Shown here one piece after another: positions 13,912-26,478 of a stretch of DNA of 64,000 nucleotides (within the stretch, counting starts at the first letter, position 1; every line of letters starts with the position of its first letter). The notes beneath the pieces were generated by a model. The model searched no databases and was not told the DNA's origin. It worked only from the letters and a program-made list of their open reading frames with translations. The stretch is from Kudoa neothunni (Eukaryota; Animalia; Cnidaria). The stretch covers positions 2,697,023-2,761,022 of the forward strand of contig OZ199839.1 of assembly GCA_964304625.1 (NCBI GenBank), in the 5' to 3' direction. The translations under genes were made by a program, and so were the position numbers.

Positions 13912-15819
13912 ATGAGTGGTGGAAAAATCAAAGTAAATACCTCAGTTCCAGTGTTTTTATGGAAACTTTGGGTGCTGCTGAGTGACAATCAAAACAATTC
14001 ATATATTCGTTGGTCAGAAGTGTGTTTTAGTGTTGTGTTTGGAATCGGGATTGATTAATACATAAAAATATTTAGAATGGTGACAGTTTTATTGTAATGG
14101 ATGTTTTGAATTTTTCCAAGAAGATCCTACCCCAATACTTTAAACATAATAATTTTGCTAGTTTTGTACGACAATTAAATCTATGTAAGTGATCTTTTAT
14201 TTCAGCTGTTACTGCTTCTGTTTGTGTGCTTTCGGACACATGTATGTAATCGATTGAAATTAGATGGCTTTCGAAAAGTGATCGATGTCCAACAAGGAAT
14301 ATTGAGTAGTGCTGAACCGGAGCAATTTGAGTTTCAACATTCTCTGTTTAAACGAGGTAGACAGGATTTGATTGAACAAATCAAACGTCGGGTAATTTCA
14401 ACTATATTTTTGTTGAGCCAACGTATGTACTCAAATTTTTCGATATAGCTCGGCGGAAATAATAAAAAAGCAAAAGTAGAAAATTTTGAGACCACATGCA
14501 GCCAAGTTCAAACTGTAGCTGAATCTCATCGCGAAATCTCCTCCCAATTGTCACTATTAAAAGAGTATCGCTGTTTTTGTTGGTCTCTTGTATTCTGAAC
14601 AATTTTACATTTAGTCAGAACGAAAGAATATGGTCAGAATTGATTATGTTACGAGAACAACATGATCGACAGTCAAAAGTTTTAGATCGAGTATCCACGG
14701 CTATTTCCTATTCATATGTTTATTGTTTACGTTATGTCTAATCAGAATTTGTTTTAGTTGATCAATTTTTTCGCTTCTGTCTTCAGACCATACAATAGTG
14801 GACTTTCTCACACACTTGTTAATAACTTTATTCAAGATGGTGATAATTTGTCCAATTACAATAACTTTATATCAACTCTAACCAATGTCCCAACTACCGA
14901 CGATATCATCAACAATACCAATAGTAGTAGTAGTAACAACAACAACAGTCACAATGGTCAAAACAATACAAATATTAAACCATTCGAAAATCTATCCAAT
15001 TTTAATTTTAACAATAATGCGTACTTAATATTTTACTTCAATTCCCATTGTGCAAATAATTAAATGTCTTTTAGATTGGCTGCTCTCACGTTCAATATGC
15101 CTTCTATCGAACAACAACAGCAACAACAACCTTTACAAACCCATCAATTACAACAGCATGATAATAGTGCACTTCTAGATGATGTATTTTTATTTGGGTC
15201 TTTATAAGGATATATGTGGTGATATTTTTTCCAGCGATTTCAACCCCTTAGTAGTACTGAAAATAGTTTTCAAGAGTTGCCTCTTGCAATTCCACCTGGT
15301 CCCTTAGATTCCGATGTATTTGGGACTATTGAAAGTGGCAACAAAGAGTTGAGGACCCTTGACAAACTTGAGTAAATTAAAAATTTTTAATAATGTTATT
15401 AATTGACTTTTTCCCTCTAGAAATAATCCCAACTACATACCATCCCTGTCGCACAGCCTATCAGATAATTTTCTACTACAACCAAATCTGGATAACGTAG
15501 CCATCACCTTCCCAAACTTTAATCCCCTGAGTGCTAATACCAATAAAAGTAATTTGTATGGGTTGGCAGCTGTACCAACTGAATCCATTCAACGTCCATC
15601 CACATCAGCCGCATCCTCATCCAACAGTGGAATCGGTGTAAATGACAAATTGTATTTTTTTCATTCTCCAAACAAATTTTTTATCCGCTCTTTAGCCAAA
15701 CATTAGTTGATAATTGTAGAGCTTTGGATCAAGAACTATCCACCATACAAGAATACCTTAAACTTCAAAATATTGAAGGATTTCAAATTGATGATAGTCA
15801 TTTGGATGACAAATTATAA
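13912..15819 (+). CDS. HSF1: Heat shock transcription factor (HSF1-like), multi-exon
   Basis: DBD '[63 protein letters not shown]'; HR-A/B '[34 protein letters not shown]'; Asn/Gln-rich middle; HR-C-like '[12 protein letters not shown]'. C-terminal exon boundaries are less certain. Confidence 0.92.
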
Positions 15820-16335
15820 TATAATCGTCTATTAATATTTATTTTTATCTTAAACGTTGATTTCTGATCCAATATTGCAGTATAAAATGAATGTCACGAC
15901 GTTCTACACCATTCAATGCTTGGGAGTTGGATCGCTCATTTGAAAATGTTTATGCTTGTTTTATAATAATTTTCACCTGTTAGGAAATATTTTTGTTTTA
16001 TGTTTTCATTATAAATGATTTTGGGATTGTTTTTTCGTTACCTACCAATTTTTTACGTAGAAAGTTGGGATGCTTATTAAACATTCTTTCGGTTGTTAAT
16101 TTTGAATGGTCGATGATGCTTGTTGCGCACTATCGTAGATGGAGTAAATTCTGAGTGTAAAATAGTAAGATTTTGTGATAGTTTGAAATTATAAAACGTG
16201 TTAAGCTAGTCAGTATGGTTATAGACAGTCTAAAATGGAATAACTTAATTTTACATAATCATTTAACTCTCTATGAATTTCTTGGGGTTGAAAATGTATA
16301 ACACCGCTTCTATTTATTTGATTATTGTCATTGGC

Positions 16336-16653
16336 CAGGGGTTGGCGACCCGCTAAGATTGCTGGATCGGATAGTCACGCTAAACTAGAAGGCAGGTTAA
16401 TATATACATAAATGCTTTAGCTATAATGAGTTTTTCACTAAAATACTAATATATCTAGTTCATCCGCAAATGATAATTTATTTCCATCTTTAACTGATAA
16501 AGAGCCCCATTTAACTTAATTATTGTCCAAAAAAGACAAGAAAAATAGTTAAAACGTTCAATTAATTATTAAATCTCTTTTTTGTGAAGGGATGCCGAGT
16601 TGTCTTTATATGTGTTAGGGGGTGCGAGAACTAAAATGAATCGGGAAGCGCTG
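16336..16653. mobile_element. hAT-type MITE remnant(s)
   Basis: Left end caggggttggcgacc; right end ...gaactaaaatgaatcgggaagcgctg is shared with 42640-42676. The two ends match each other poorly and may come from different elements. Confidence 0.45.
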
Positions 16654-17382
16654 GAATAAAGGTGTTTTATTATTTTAGAAATGTAAGAGAACACGAATAC
16701 ACAATAAAAATATTTAACATTTGAAGAAATTGTTAATAAAAATTGATGATTTCAGATAACATAGCCTCTGTCTTCTTTAATTGACTTTGACTGCAAAATT
16801 TTCTTTAAACTTTAAAATTTTTTTCATGTTTAAGTAATAGATATTATGATTATAAAAAATAAACCAACAAATGATATGTGAAAGCAATAAGTCAATTTTT
16901 AGGAGTGCTTAACTTGTCCGCAAGAAGTGATAAAATTTATCTTTAGTGAATAGAAGGAATTTATTGTATAAACAATAAAATAAATACCAGTAGTTGATTA
17001 TTAAGAGAGATTATGGTGTTATTTCTTATGTAAAATTATTATAAGATGGAGTCCTATTTTCGATGAAGCATCGTAATTTGATATTAGTAATACTAGCGTA
17101 GCAAATTGAGCCAATTAATGAGAAATTCAAAAAATGCACACACGAGCACATATTACTCTCTATGACTAAATAAAATCTCTCCATCCCACAGACAAATAGC
17201 TTGTCTCAATTCTAACAGATAATCATGATTTATTGTATATTATAAATGTAGAAAAGAGGGTATAATTTGGAACAGAGAATAAATTTTTTAAAATATCCTT
17301 ATTAAATAAAACATGAAAAATTCATTTTATTTCAAACAATTATTTTTCAGATGATGTTTTCACAACATAAAACTTTAAAATG

Positions 17383-18877
17383 TTATAAATAACCAAACGT
17401 GAGGAAGCCTGTGTGCCCAGATATTTCCTTATATGAGCAGGTCAGAATTTTTTCCGGTTGCTCCTGCATATCATCCTGCAAACATAATTATACAGAGCCA
17501 TTAAAACACATAAAATACACTAAATTTCGTTCTTTTTTGAGGCATAGTTTCATTATCGTTGTCGTCATTGGTGGAGCTCGACTACAACATCAACCTATCA
17601 ACAAATCACATTCAAATGATAATTACGGTATTTTTGGATAAATGTCTCTCAAAAAAATATGGTTTTTCCAAACACTCAATAGTCTTTATTTCTACCAAAT
17701 AAAGTTTACCCAACATTTAAAAAGATGCGTTACTTTTGAATTTGAATAATTCCAGCTGTTCAACGGTTCTTTGAACCTGTTCAATGCACGGAGAAAACGA
17801 GCAAAAACTCCCACCCGATTTCTTTTTGTGAGTTAGCAAAAACAGCAAAAATATACACCAAACTCACTTTAAGAATATTGAACGCGTGTTTAACAGCCAA
17901 AAAAGGTTTTGGTAGGTCGAAAATAACTAAAAATTCTTACACAACTTTTAGAATGTTCAAAATCATACCCGCATCGACACCATTTTCCAATGAGTTTTCT
18001 TCGTCAATTTTAAATCCATCATTACACACATCAACATGATAAACATTGACTATATCTTGGTAGCCATGATCGTTAAATTCGCATCTAAAAATAGTTCAAA
18101 CTCCTTATTTTCATGTCATTACATTAAATAAAAATTGCTTTCATTCCACCGTATAAACTATAAAAACTTAACTCGACCTTAAAAATTGTAAAAATAATGA
18201 ACTATGATTACGCATTAAAACTGTTCATTTCCTCTCATAAAGAAAAAATTTAACATTGACTTAACAGTTGATTCTCAGTCTCAGTGCGTAAATTTACTTG
18301 GCTTGTTCATAACGCAGTTCATTAAATTCAAATGTATGCAATTTTCCAATTGGTGCAATTGCATTAGCTAAAGAATGCGACAACGAACCACTTCCAGTTC
18401 CTATAGAATTATTGTTATGAACTACACAATTCGTACACATTACCAGATTCCACTACAATTGAACCAGGCTTTAGATTTAAAAAGAAAACAATCTGGCTGA
18501 TATTAGTAGAATAAATTATTTGAGTTCGATGAGAAAGAGATTTCATCCACAAATAGGGGCTTGGAAACAATGCATAAACGTGACCTTTTCGCTTGCACGT
18601 AGAAAATATCTATGTAAACATGTTTTATTACATAATTACCAAATTAATCTAAACAAAACTTTTGAGCCATATTGTTTGCCAATAATGTCATTGTGACTAA
18701 ATGAGCCGAATTTCATTGAAGTAACAGCATTTTTTGTGACTGTAATGGCCAAGTACTGGGGTTGCTATTGTTTTATTTAATTTATGGATAAGTTAAAATG
18801 GCGAAGGAAAAATTCACCGCAAGCAGCACAACGACGTTTCCCTCCTCAATAATTTCTGTTCTCTCTGAAAATTTCAT
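17383..18877 (-). CDS. TRMT61A: tRNA (adenine58-N1)-methyltransferase catalytic subunit (TRM61/GCD14)
   Basis: Spliced '[115 protein letters not shown]'; all introns GT-AG. Confidence 0.96.
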
Positions 18878-19005
18878 GTGTCCAATGTGTGTGCACGCAT
18901 CCATGCACTAATATTTTCGTTACCTAAAATCTTTAATCTCTTCGATCCCAATTAGTTTTACCTATGAAAAAATATATATGCTTAAATTATAATTATCTTT
19001 TACTA

Positions 19006-19631
19006 CATTCGATAATCGATTTTGCACACTTTTTGTGAAGTTATTTGATTATAACTCCAAATGTTTCCAATGTTTATATAAGCAAATATATTAAACCTGG
19101 GGTAATTTCGGTTCAATCAATAGACTGTAAATGATTTAAACTGCGTAGCAAAAATCAAACAACGTTTCGATTTTTCACGCTTTATTCCAGCCACTCCGTT
19201 GATCAATGTAGCACCATTCGCAGAAAAATTAAAAATTTAACAGTAAGCGAAGATAAAAATACAACAAAATTCGAAGGAAAATACAAGGTAATAAAATACT
19301 TCGAAAATCTTACATAAATAAACGTTAAGATAGTTACTATGAGATATTTCAACATAACAAATATAGCAATCCTAAATGACCTCCTCGAAAGAAGAACTAA
19401 ATTTTCTTTCTAATTTAAAAAAGTTTAGATCGTTTCCAAACATTGTTAGAATTGGAAATTGATTTGTATATGTCAAAATTGACACAAATCAAAATTAGTG
19501 ATTTTTCCAAAATTCGAAACTAAGAATCGCTTGATTTTTTGTCTGTTATAGAATTTATATTCGTTTATATTATTTCAATAAAAAAACATCAGTTTTTCTC
19601 CTAAGTTCCAAAAGAGGATATACACACTGAA
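19006..19631 (+). repeat. Copy of a Tigger-like MITE family (homologous to 57744-58375), ending at a piggyBac-like insertion
   Basis: About 600 bp colinear similarity with 57744-58375, starting ta|cattcgataatcgattttgcacac. Confidence 0.8.
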
Positions 19632-22070
19632 CCCTCCAAACCTGTGGGAGGGGGGTCCATTTGACACCAACGCAATGCCTGAATAATCTAAAGCTTATCT
19701 GTTAATCAAATAGGTTAATAACGAGTAGTATTTCTCTAAACGCTGTATATTTTTTTAATATTTGTTCAAAAATCGTAAGGAACTTTTATCCAGCTTAAAA
19801 TAACAATTACTAATATCACGTCGTTTTCAGGATCCAATTGACCCCACGACTCTCTTTTATGTAAGGAATGTAAAAATTATTTCATATAATTTATGAAATT
19901 TTGGAATAATTCTATCGATTAAATAAATAACAAAATACGATACAAATGATGATCACCTGCTAGCGCGACATCGATATAAGCATATCATCCCTGTCTGGAT
20001 ACAGCCATAGCCCCTCAGATTATGATGACTCTTTACACTGATTATTCAACCTATGAAAACTCTCCATTATTTTTCATAGTTTCGTCTTATAGGTGGCATT
20101 AAAAAAACACATGTGATAACTATTTTATGAAATAATAGTTGTTTGCAAGCATTTCATGTTTCATGATAATATTACATCGCGTTGTTTATAAGAAGATAAA
20201 TTAACATAAAGTAGTTGAACTATTGGCTTAAATAAAAAACACAGAACTAAACCTATAAATACAATCATAATCCAAAGTAACGTACCAACATGTAGTGTTG
20301 TGCTAACGCAAGCAAGACATAGCATTAATAATTGACCGTTTATGCACAATTCAAACGATTAATTTTCTTCATATTTTTAATGTCGATATTAACTTTTATT
20401 TAGGACAATTTTAGGAAATAAAAACGTGTAATACACTTCTACACCGTTTTTATTTGGATTATATAGCTTTTTCAGCTACTACGATGGTACATAATGCATG
20501 CTGTTCTTTATGAATCCGTATTGAATGGAAAATTATCTGTTTACATTTTAAAATATGGCGTGATTACAAATATCTTTAAAAATGTCAGTTTAAAAAAATC
20601 AACAAGAATGCAGCTTCGATCATTATCGTAGCGTGCGCACCATTTTGCGCGTTCTTTTTTTATGTTGTATTTCTCTAAGTTTCCACATATATGTAACTTT
20701 GAGACTAGCAGTATCTCCAACCTAGTCGTATTATAGTATTTAAGTGTAAAAACCATATTTGACTCGGTAGTAATAGATTTAGATAATTTGGTTGAATTTA
20801 AATTAACTTTTATCCATAAAGAATTCTAAATATTAAAAGTTTCGTTGATTGGAAATGTCAAAACCAATTAACTTTAGTTTATATAATTTTCTTAGTGGTT
20901 TATATCTTTAATGGTACGAGAAATTGTGACATTACTATGACTATCATAATATCTCTCATATTTGTGATACATTTATAATTATAAGAATTTCTTTTGCATA
21001 AGGAGGTTATATAATGATCTCCAGCTATAGTCGAATGTCAACATATTAAAAATGAAACATTCTGTTTTAAGATTTCGTCGCCCAAAACAACCAACAAGTG
21101 GTACACGGCTGTTGTAAAATTTTTAGCAAGTTATATTACATGGAAATAAAAAAGTGATCGGCTCACAAAAATATATATTGCTTAGTAATATATTTACATT
21201 TTTGAATGCAACATCCCCTTACGTTTGGGCGACCTTTTTTTTTATTTATTTGCATATTTAAGAGTTAATCTGATTAGATTGAAGAGTTGAATTTGAGGAA
21301 ACCTAAGTTGTTTAAATATTTTGGTATCCATACTTGAAAAATTGCTGGAGCATACGTTTAACGCTTCTATACGAATAATTCGAAGCACATACATGTCGAT
21401 ATCAATAAACACGCGGTGCTTTAACTACTGCTATATACTCAATACAAATATTAATAGCCATTATTTATGACTATTTTAAAAATAATTATTGATAGGTCCT
21501 ATTGTTTATTTTATTAAATTTGCAACAGAACAATTATTCGCCAAATACTTTATACTCTATCAACTTATATTTGACCGAATAAAAATTACGGAATCCCCAG
21601 ATGATACACAAAGATTCTAATAGTTATATTACAAATAATGAATCTTGGACTAATTTATTGTTGGTAAACAGAGGTTCTTTAGAGAAACAAGAGCCTACCA
21701 ACCAAGAAGTGCGGTACGGATAAATTCTCGCTAATCTCCTATTAAGTCGAAGTATGTATAAAACTTACGTATACATGGCTTAAAAATCAATTACAAAAAA
21801 TTTATATATATAACTAAGTAAAATAGATTAATATGCATATAATAGACCATTTTTCTTGAAATTCTATAGGAATAAATATGCGGATTATGAAATAAATATA
21901 ATCTCTAAGGCATATTTTTTAGATTCGAAAAAAAATTAGTTTCTATACTTACTTTTTAACCTTATAGAGGCATTCCTGGAACAGTCAAGAAGTCAATAGT
22001 TCAGTTTCGGAGTAACGCGAAAAATACTGAAATTGGGGTCCCTAATGGACCCCGCATCGGACAGGGAGGG
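19632..22070. mobile_element. piggyBac-like non-autonomous/degenerate element
   Basis: Ends CCCTCC...GGAGGG with subterminal GGGGTCCATT..GACCCC palindromes (near 19650, 19830, 22035); TGAA on both flanks; no intact ORF. Confidence 0.6.
20537..20705 (+). repeat. Dispersed repeat; inverted copy at about 22345-22515
   Basis: 'gcagcttcgatcattatcgtagcgtgcgcaccattttgcgcgttc' and its flanks match the reverse complement of 22345-22515. Confidence 0.8.
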
Positions 22071-22756
22071 TGAATAAGTTTAGCAAGGTTTTTTGATCTA
22101 GAAGCAGCTTGTAAAACTGGCGCTGTGACTTAAATTCTACCATTACTAAGTTTCATTCGGTAACATGTTTCAGAAACCTTTTAAACATAACTCGCTAATT
22201 CATCTCTGATCAAAATTTTTCACATTAATAATTAAAATCACAAAAACTATATTTAACACCAAAAATGTAAAACTAAAGTAGAGGTCTATAGATAATTCTA
22301 ATTATATTACAAAATGTAATTAAATTGAATATAATAATAATAATAATCTCAAAGTTGCGCATATATGAGGAAACTTAGGGAAATACAGCATAAAAAAGAA
22401 CGCGCAATGTTGTTCGCACGCTACGATAATGGCCGAAGCTGCATTTTTGTTGATTTTTTAAACTGATATTTTTCAAGATATTTGTGATCACTCCATATTT
22501 AAAAAATGTAAACAGATGATTTATTATAAAAACGGAAGGTTTGTACACGCGCAAAAGAACGAATTTTTGGAGGCAGATACTCCCGCATTACCGAAAAATT
22601 GTTCTATGCAATTTATAAACTAAAAGTTAATAAAACTAGTCAATTTTAATAATTAATTAATTAATTAACGATTACCTTACATATTGTATATTGAGTTACT
22701 TGTAACGCTATATAAGTAATTTACCTTTCCAAATATTTTATTAGGGTTAATTAACT

Positions 22757-22759
<3 letters not shown>

Positions 22760-22791
<32 letters not shown>
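22760..22791. repeat. (TA)n microsatellite; others near 1060, 48973, 57826, 61440
   Basis: Perfect TA runs visible in the sequence. Confidence 0.95.
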
Positions 22792-22795
<4 letters not shown>

Positions 22796-23261
22796 ACAGC
22801 TATAGGAACTAACTTTTTTCCAATGTATACGTAGAAAAAAAAACAGTTCGAATCATCCGATACAATCAGAAGATATCGATTCTAAAGTATTCTTAGATTT
22901 TTTCCTTATTCATTCGATATAATTATTTTTTACTAAAAAATGCGAACAAATATGATTATAAAAACTAAAATAAACAATAAAAAAGTGGGACCTATTCGAC
23001 TCCAAAAACGACGTGGTGTATTGGCGATTTTGACGTGCTTGGAGGGTTAAATACTACGATCGGAAACTAATTTTTCACAATTTTTGCATCTTCCGTAAGG
23101 AAATACTCAGAATCAGTTGCATACTGTAAAATGACTACAATATGAATCAAATATTTGACTCGAAAATGCGCAATTATTTGAATTATACACAACAGCAAAA
23201 TAAAGCCCACGTTATTTAATTTATTTAACAATATATAAAACTACATAATATTCTACAAATT

Positions 23262-26153
23262 CTACATGTTATCGAGGGTTTCTGTGATGCGAGAAGAAAT
23301 ATCTTTGCCGGGAACAACTTCTACAATAAATACCAATGAAGGAATTTGATAAAGTGAATGGAATATTTGGATTACCTTGGTTGAAATGGGCGGCAGTACG
23401 TTTGCGTATATTGCTGATAGAGGTGGAATCATTAGCCCATTCGAGAACCAATCTTCTTCCGTACAAATGAGTACTGTATCTCATGCACTCAAAACAATAC
23501 TAAAACAATAATTAGAACAATATCACAATAGTTGGAAGATATACCTTGGCATCTTCCATAGTCAAAAATTCCACAAAAGCGAAACCCCTATGTTGATTTT
23601 TCAGAGCTGAATTTGTCGTAGAGAGTTTCTGGGGTAGACGTACATTTTTTACATTTCCATAGGTTCTAACATAACAGTTAGCCAAAACAAAATCGCTTAT
23701 AAGATACTTGAACAACTCCATCACATCATTTCTAGTGGCTTCAAATGGAATATTTCTGACAAGGATTTTAGGAGCATCTCCCTCATCAGTTTGGGTGGTT
23801 GCAGAAGCGTCATTGCTTAACATGGCTGTTCTAAATCCATTAATATTGAATTGATTAAATAACTCAACTTAGTTAGTAAGTTACTTAGGGACAATTGTTC
23901 TATCGGATAGTTTCATCTCTATGGGACTCTCATCGATTGAGCACCCCTATTTGAGTGAATCAAAAACAACAAAAAATCATAGATTGAAGCAATTAGAGGT
24001 TCACCTGTAGTGTCTTAACGCATTGTTTCGCATCGGCCGCATTGCCGAATTCAATGAATCCATAACCAAGAGATTCATTCAAATTGTTGGGGTTTTTGCG
24101 AGCCAATGTTACACCTACCACTCCAGCCACCTCTTCCACGCACTAAAGAATTAAAACAACTTCTCATCAACATCCATTATCAAACTGATTATTGACCTTT
24201 TTGATAGTTTCTTCGGTGGTAGAAGGATTGAGATTTTTCACAAAAACAACACAACCTGAAACGGGTGTAACTTGGGGTGGATTAACGGAGGTAGACTCAT
24301 GATTGCTAGTTGTAGAAGGTTGTTGTTTGGTGGACAGTGCTTCTTTCGGAGCCCATTCCAAATACAGCGGAGTAAATCTAAACTGAAGGAACCTCAATAT
24401 TTTGACTTGTATCATTAGAATTACTCTAGTGAACGCAAGTTTATTAAATGCTAGCTTGGCGACATTCGAGTCTTCAAATTTGATAATAGCTGTCACACCA
24501 TAAGGTGGAACAATAACTCTAGGTTTGATCACCATTTTCGATTCGTCATTGGAGTTCATTTTTGAAAGTATAAATTCCATGAGTTGGGCTGAGGTGACAT
24601 TCTCAGGTAGATTTTTGGCCAATAAAACACAATCACTCTTTTCGTTGTTATCAGCCTACCAACAATAGATTGATCTAATTATCGGACATTCCAGTGATTC
24701 TTACTTGTCCGAATGAATCCAAATTCACACCATTAGATTCAAGGAAATGTTTGGTTTCATTCACAAGCGCGGTTTCACCAGCAGCAATAGATACTGCTGG
24801 ATTATTGGCAAAAGATGGATCCAACAATAGTTGTTCTTTTGTAACGCCCAGTCGTTTCGATAGAATATTCGCGACTGTGTTCTGATTGATAAACAGTGTG
24901 TTCCAAGTGTGTGTCATATTGGCACCTTCTTTCTTCAGGCGTTTCAGTTTTTTCAGTTTGTAGGAGTTAGTGGAACCTGATACTGAAGCATTAACAAAGT
25001 CATCTACTTCGTCTGATTTGGCGGGAACCAATCGAAGCAATCTTCCTTTAAAAATAAAGTTGTTCAATTGATTGAAAGCTGTCACAGCGTTTTCCGGCAA
25101 CATATATGTCACAAACGCACAACCGATGGGCTTGGATGTGTCTTTATGGGTGGGCATATTTATATCAACGACAGGACCATAATTTTCAAAAAGTTGTTTA
25201 ATTTCAGCCGAATCACACACATAGGGAAGATTGGTCACAAACAACCTACCAGTATCCAACAGTGTTTGTTCACATATTCCTTCATCATTTGGACCGGTGA
25301 TATAACGGGGTTGTTTAGTAACTTTCGATCGGTTGGATTCAAGTATTTTCACAGTGTTACCCTTGAGAACTTTACCAGACAATTTGACCGCCTTTGTAAG
25401 GTCGGTTTCGTTGGAAAAATCTGCATAAGCTACGCAGGTTTTCTTTCGTTCACCAACCGGCAAAATTCGAATATCCAACACATCTAAACCCTGGAAAAAT
25501 TTCAACAATCTATTCAATTTTATATTTGGTCTAAGATTGGATAGTTTGGCAGTGTACAGAATTTCTGTGGTGGATTGGTCAGCAACTTCTGCAACTGCTT
25601 CGCAATGCTCTTCGTTGACATCGGTTGGTGGCTCAATAGGTTTAACACCGTTCAATAACATATATTCGTTAAATTGATCTCGATCTTCAGCACTAATACC
25701 ACAACTTTCCAAAATCATGGTTTCATGTTTCGAAAGTTGTTTAGTTTTCGAGTTTTTGTTAGATTCAGTTTGATTATTACTAGATGGGGAAATGTCTTTG
25801 TTTTTAAACTCTTTGATGATTTGAATTCTCTCAATACGATCTTTTTCACTTTTCAAATAGGCAGAACTTGTTTTCGAATATCTACTCCAAGGTCGCTCAA
25901 GGGTTTGGTCGTTAACTGACCTAGCAAACTCGACCACTATTTTACAGGTGTCAATATAGGTTTGATTCATTTTGGTGACGGCGTTTTGAGCTTCATCTTC
26001 GTTTGAAAACCCTACAAACGCTATTCTCCTGAAAACATCCCCTTGAGCGTAAATCATTCGTGTGTCCGTGATAGTTCCGTAAACGGAAAACAATTGATTT
26101 AAACGTTCTTTATTAATATATTTCGGAAGGTTTTTGACAATAACTCTACTCAT
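23262..26153 (-). CDS. RBM19: RNA-binding protein 19 / Mrd1 (six RRMs, pre-rRNA processing)
   Basis: ATG 26153 'MSRVIVKNLP', 'GRLFVTNLPY', 'HTWNTLF', 'GETALVNET..FLESNGV', 'PLYLEWAP', 'KILVRNIPFEAT', 'HRGFAFVEF', 'STHLYGRRLVLEWA'; nine exons, all GT-AG. Confidence 0.96.
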
Positions 26154-26478
26154 CTTGAAGGGAAGCAATCTAAAACATAATTAAAATTATACGAGATGAA
26201 AATAATTTTATTAAATTTGATTAGTTAAAGAATTAAATTACTCTTATACAAAGATAATTATGCGATAAATTAGAGAAGAGGGAAGCACGGCCACAATGAT
26301 GCGAACTTAAACGACACGTCTTATTGTATAAAACATGGGATTCCGATGATTAATGATTGATTAAAATTCCAACAAACTTCATTTATTTGGGTCTTCTATA
26401 ATGAATTGTAATATACTAATTTACATAAAATTTAATAGAAATATGATCAATTTGATTATATAGTAGAATGAGGTTATA

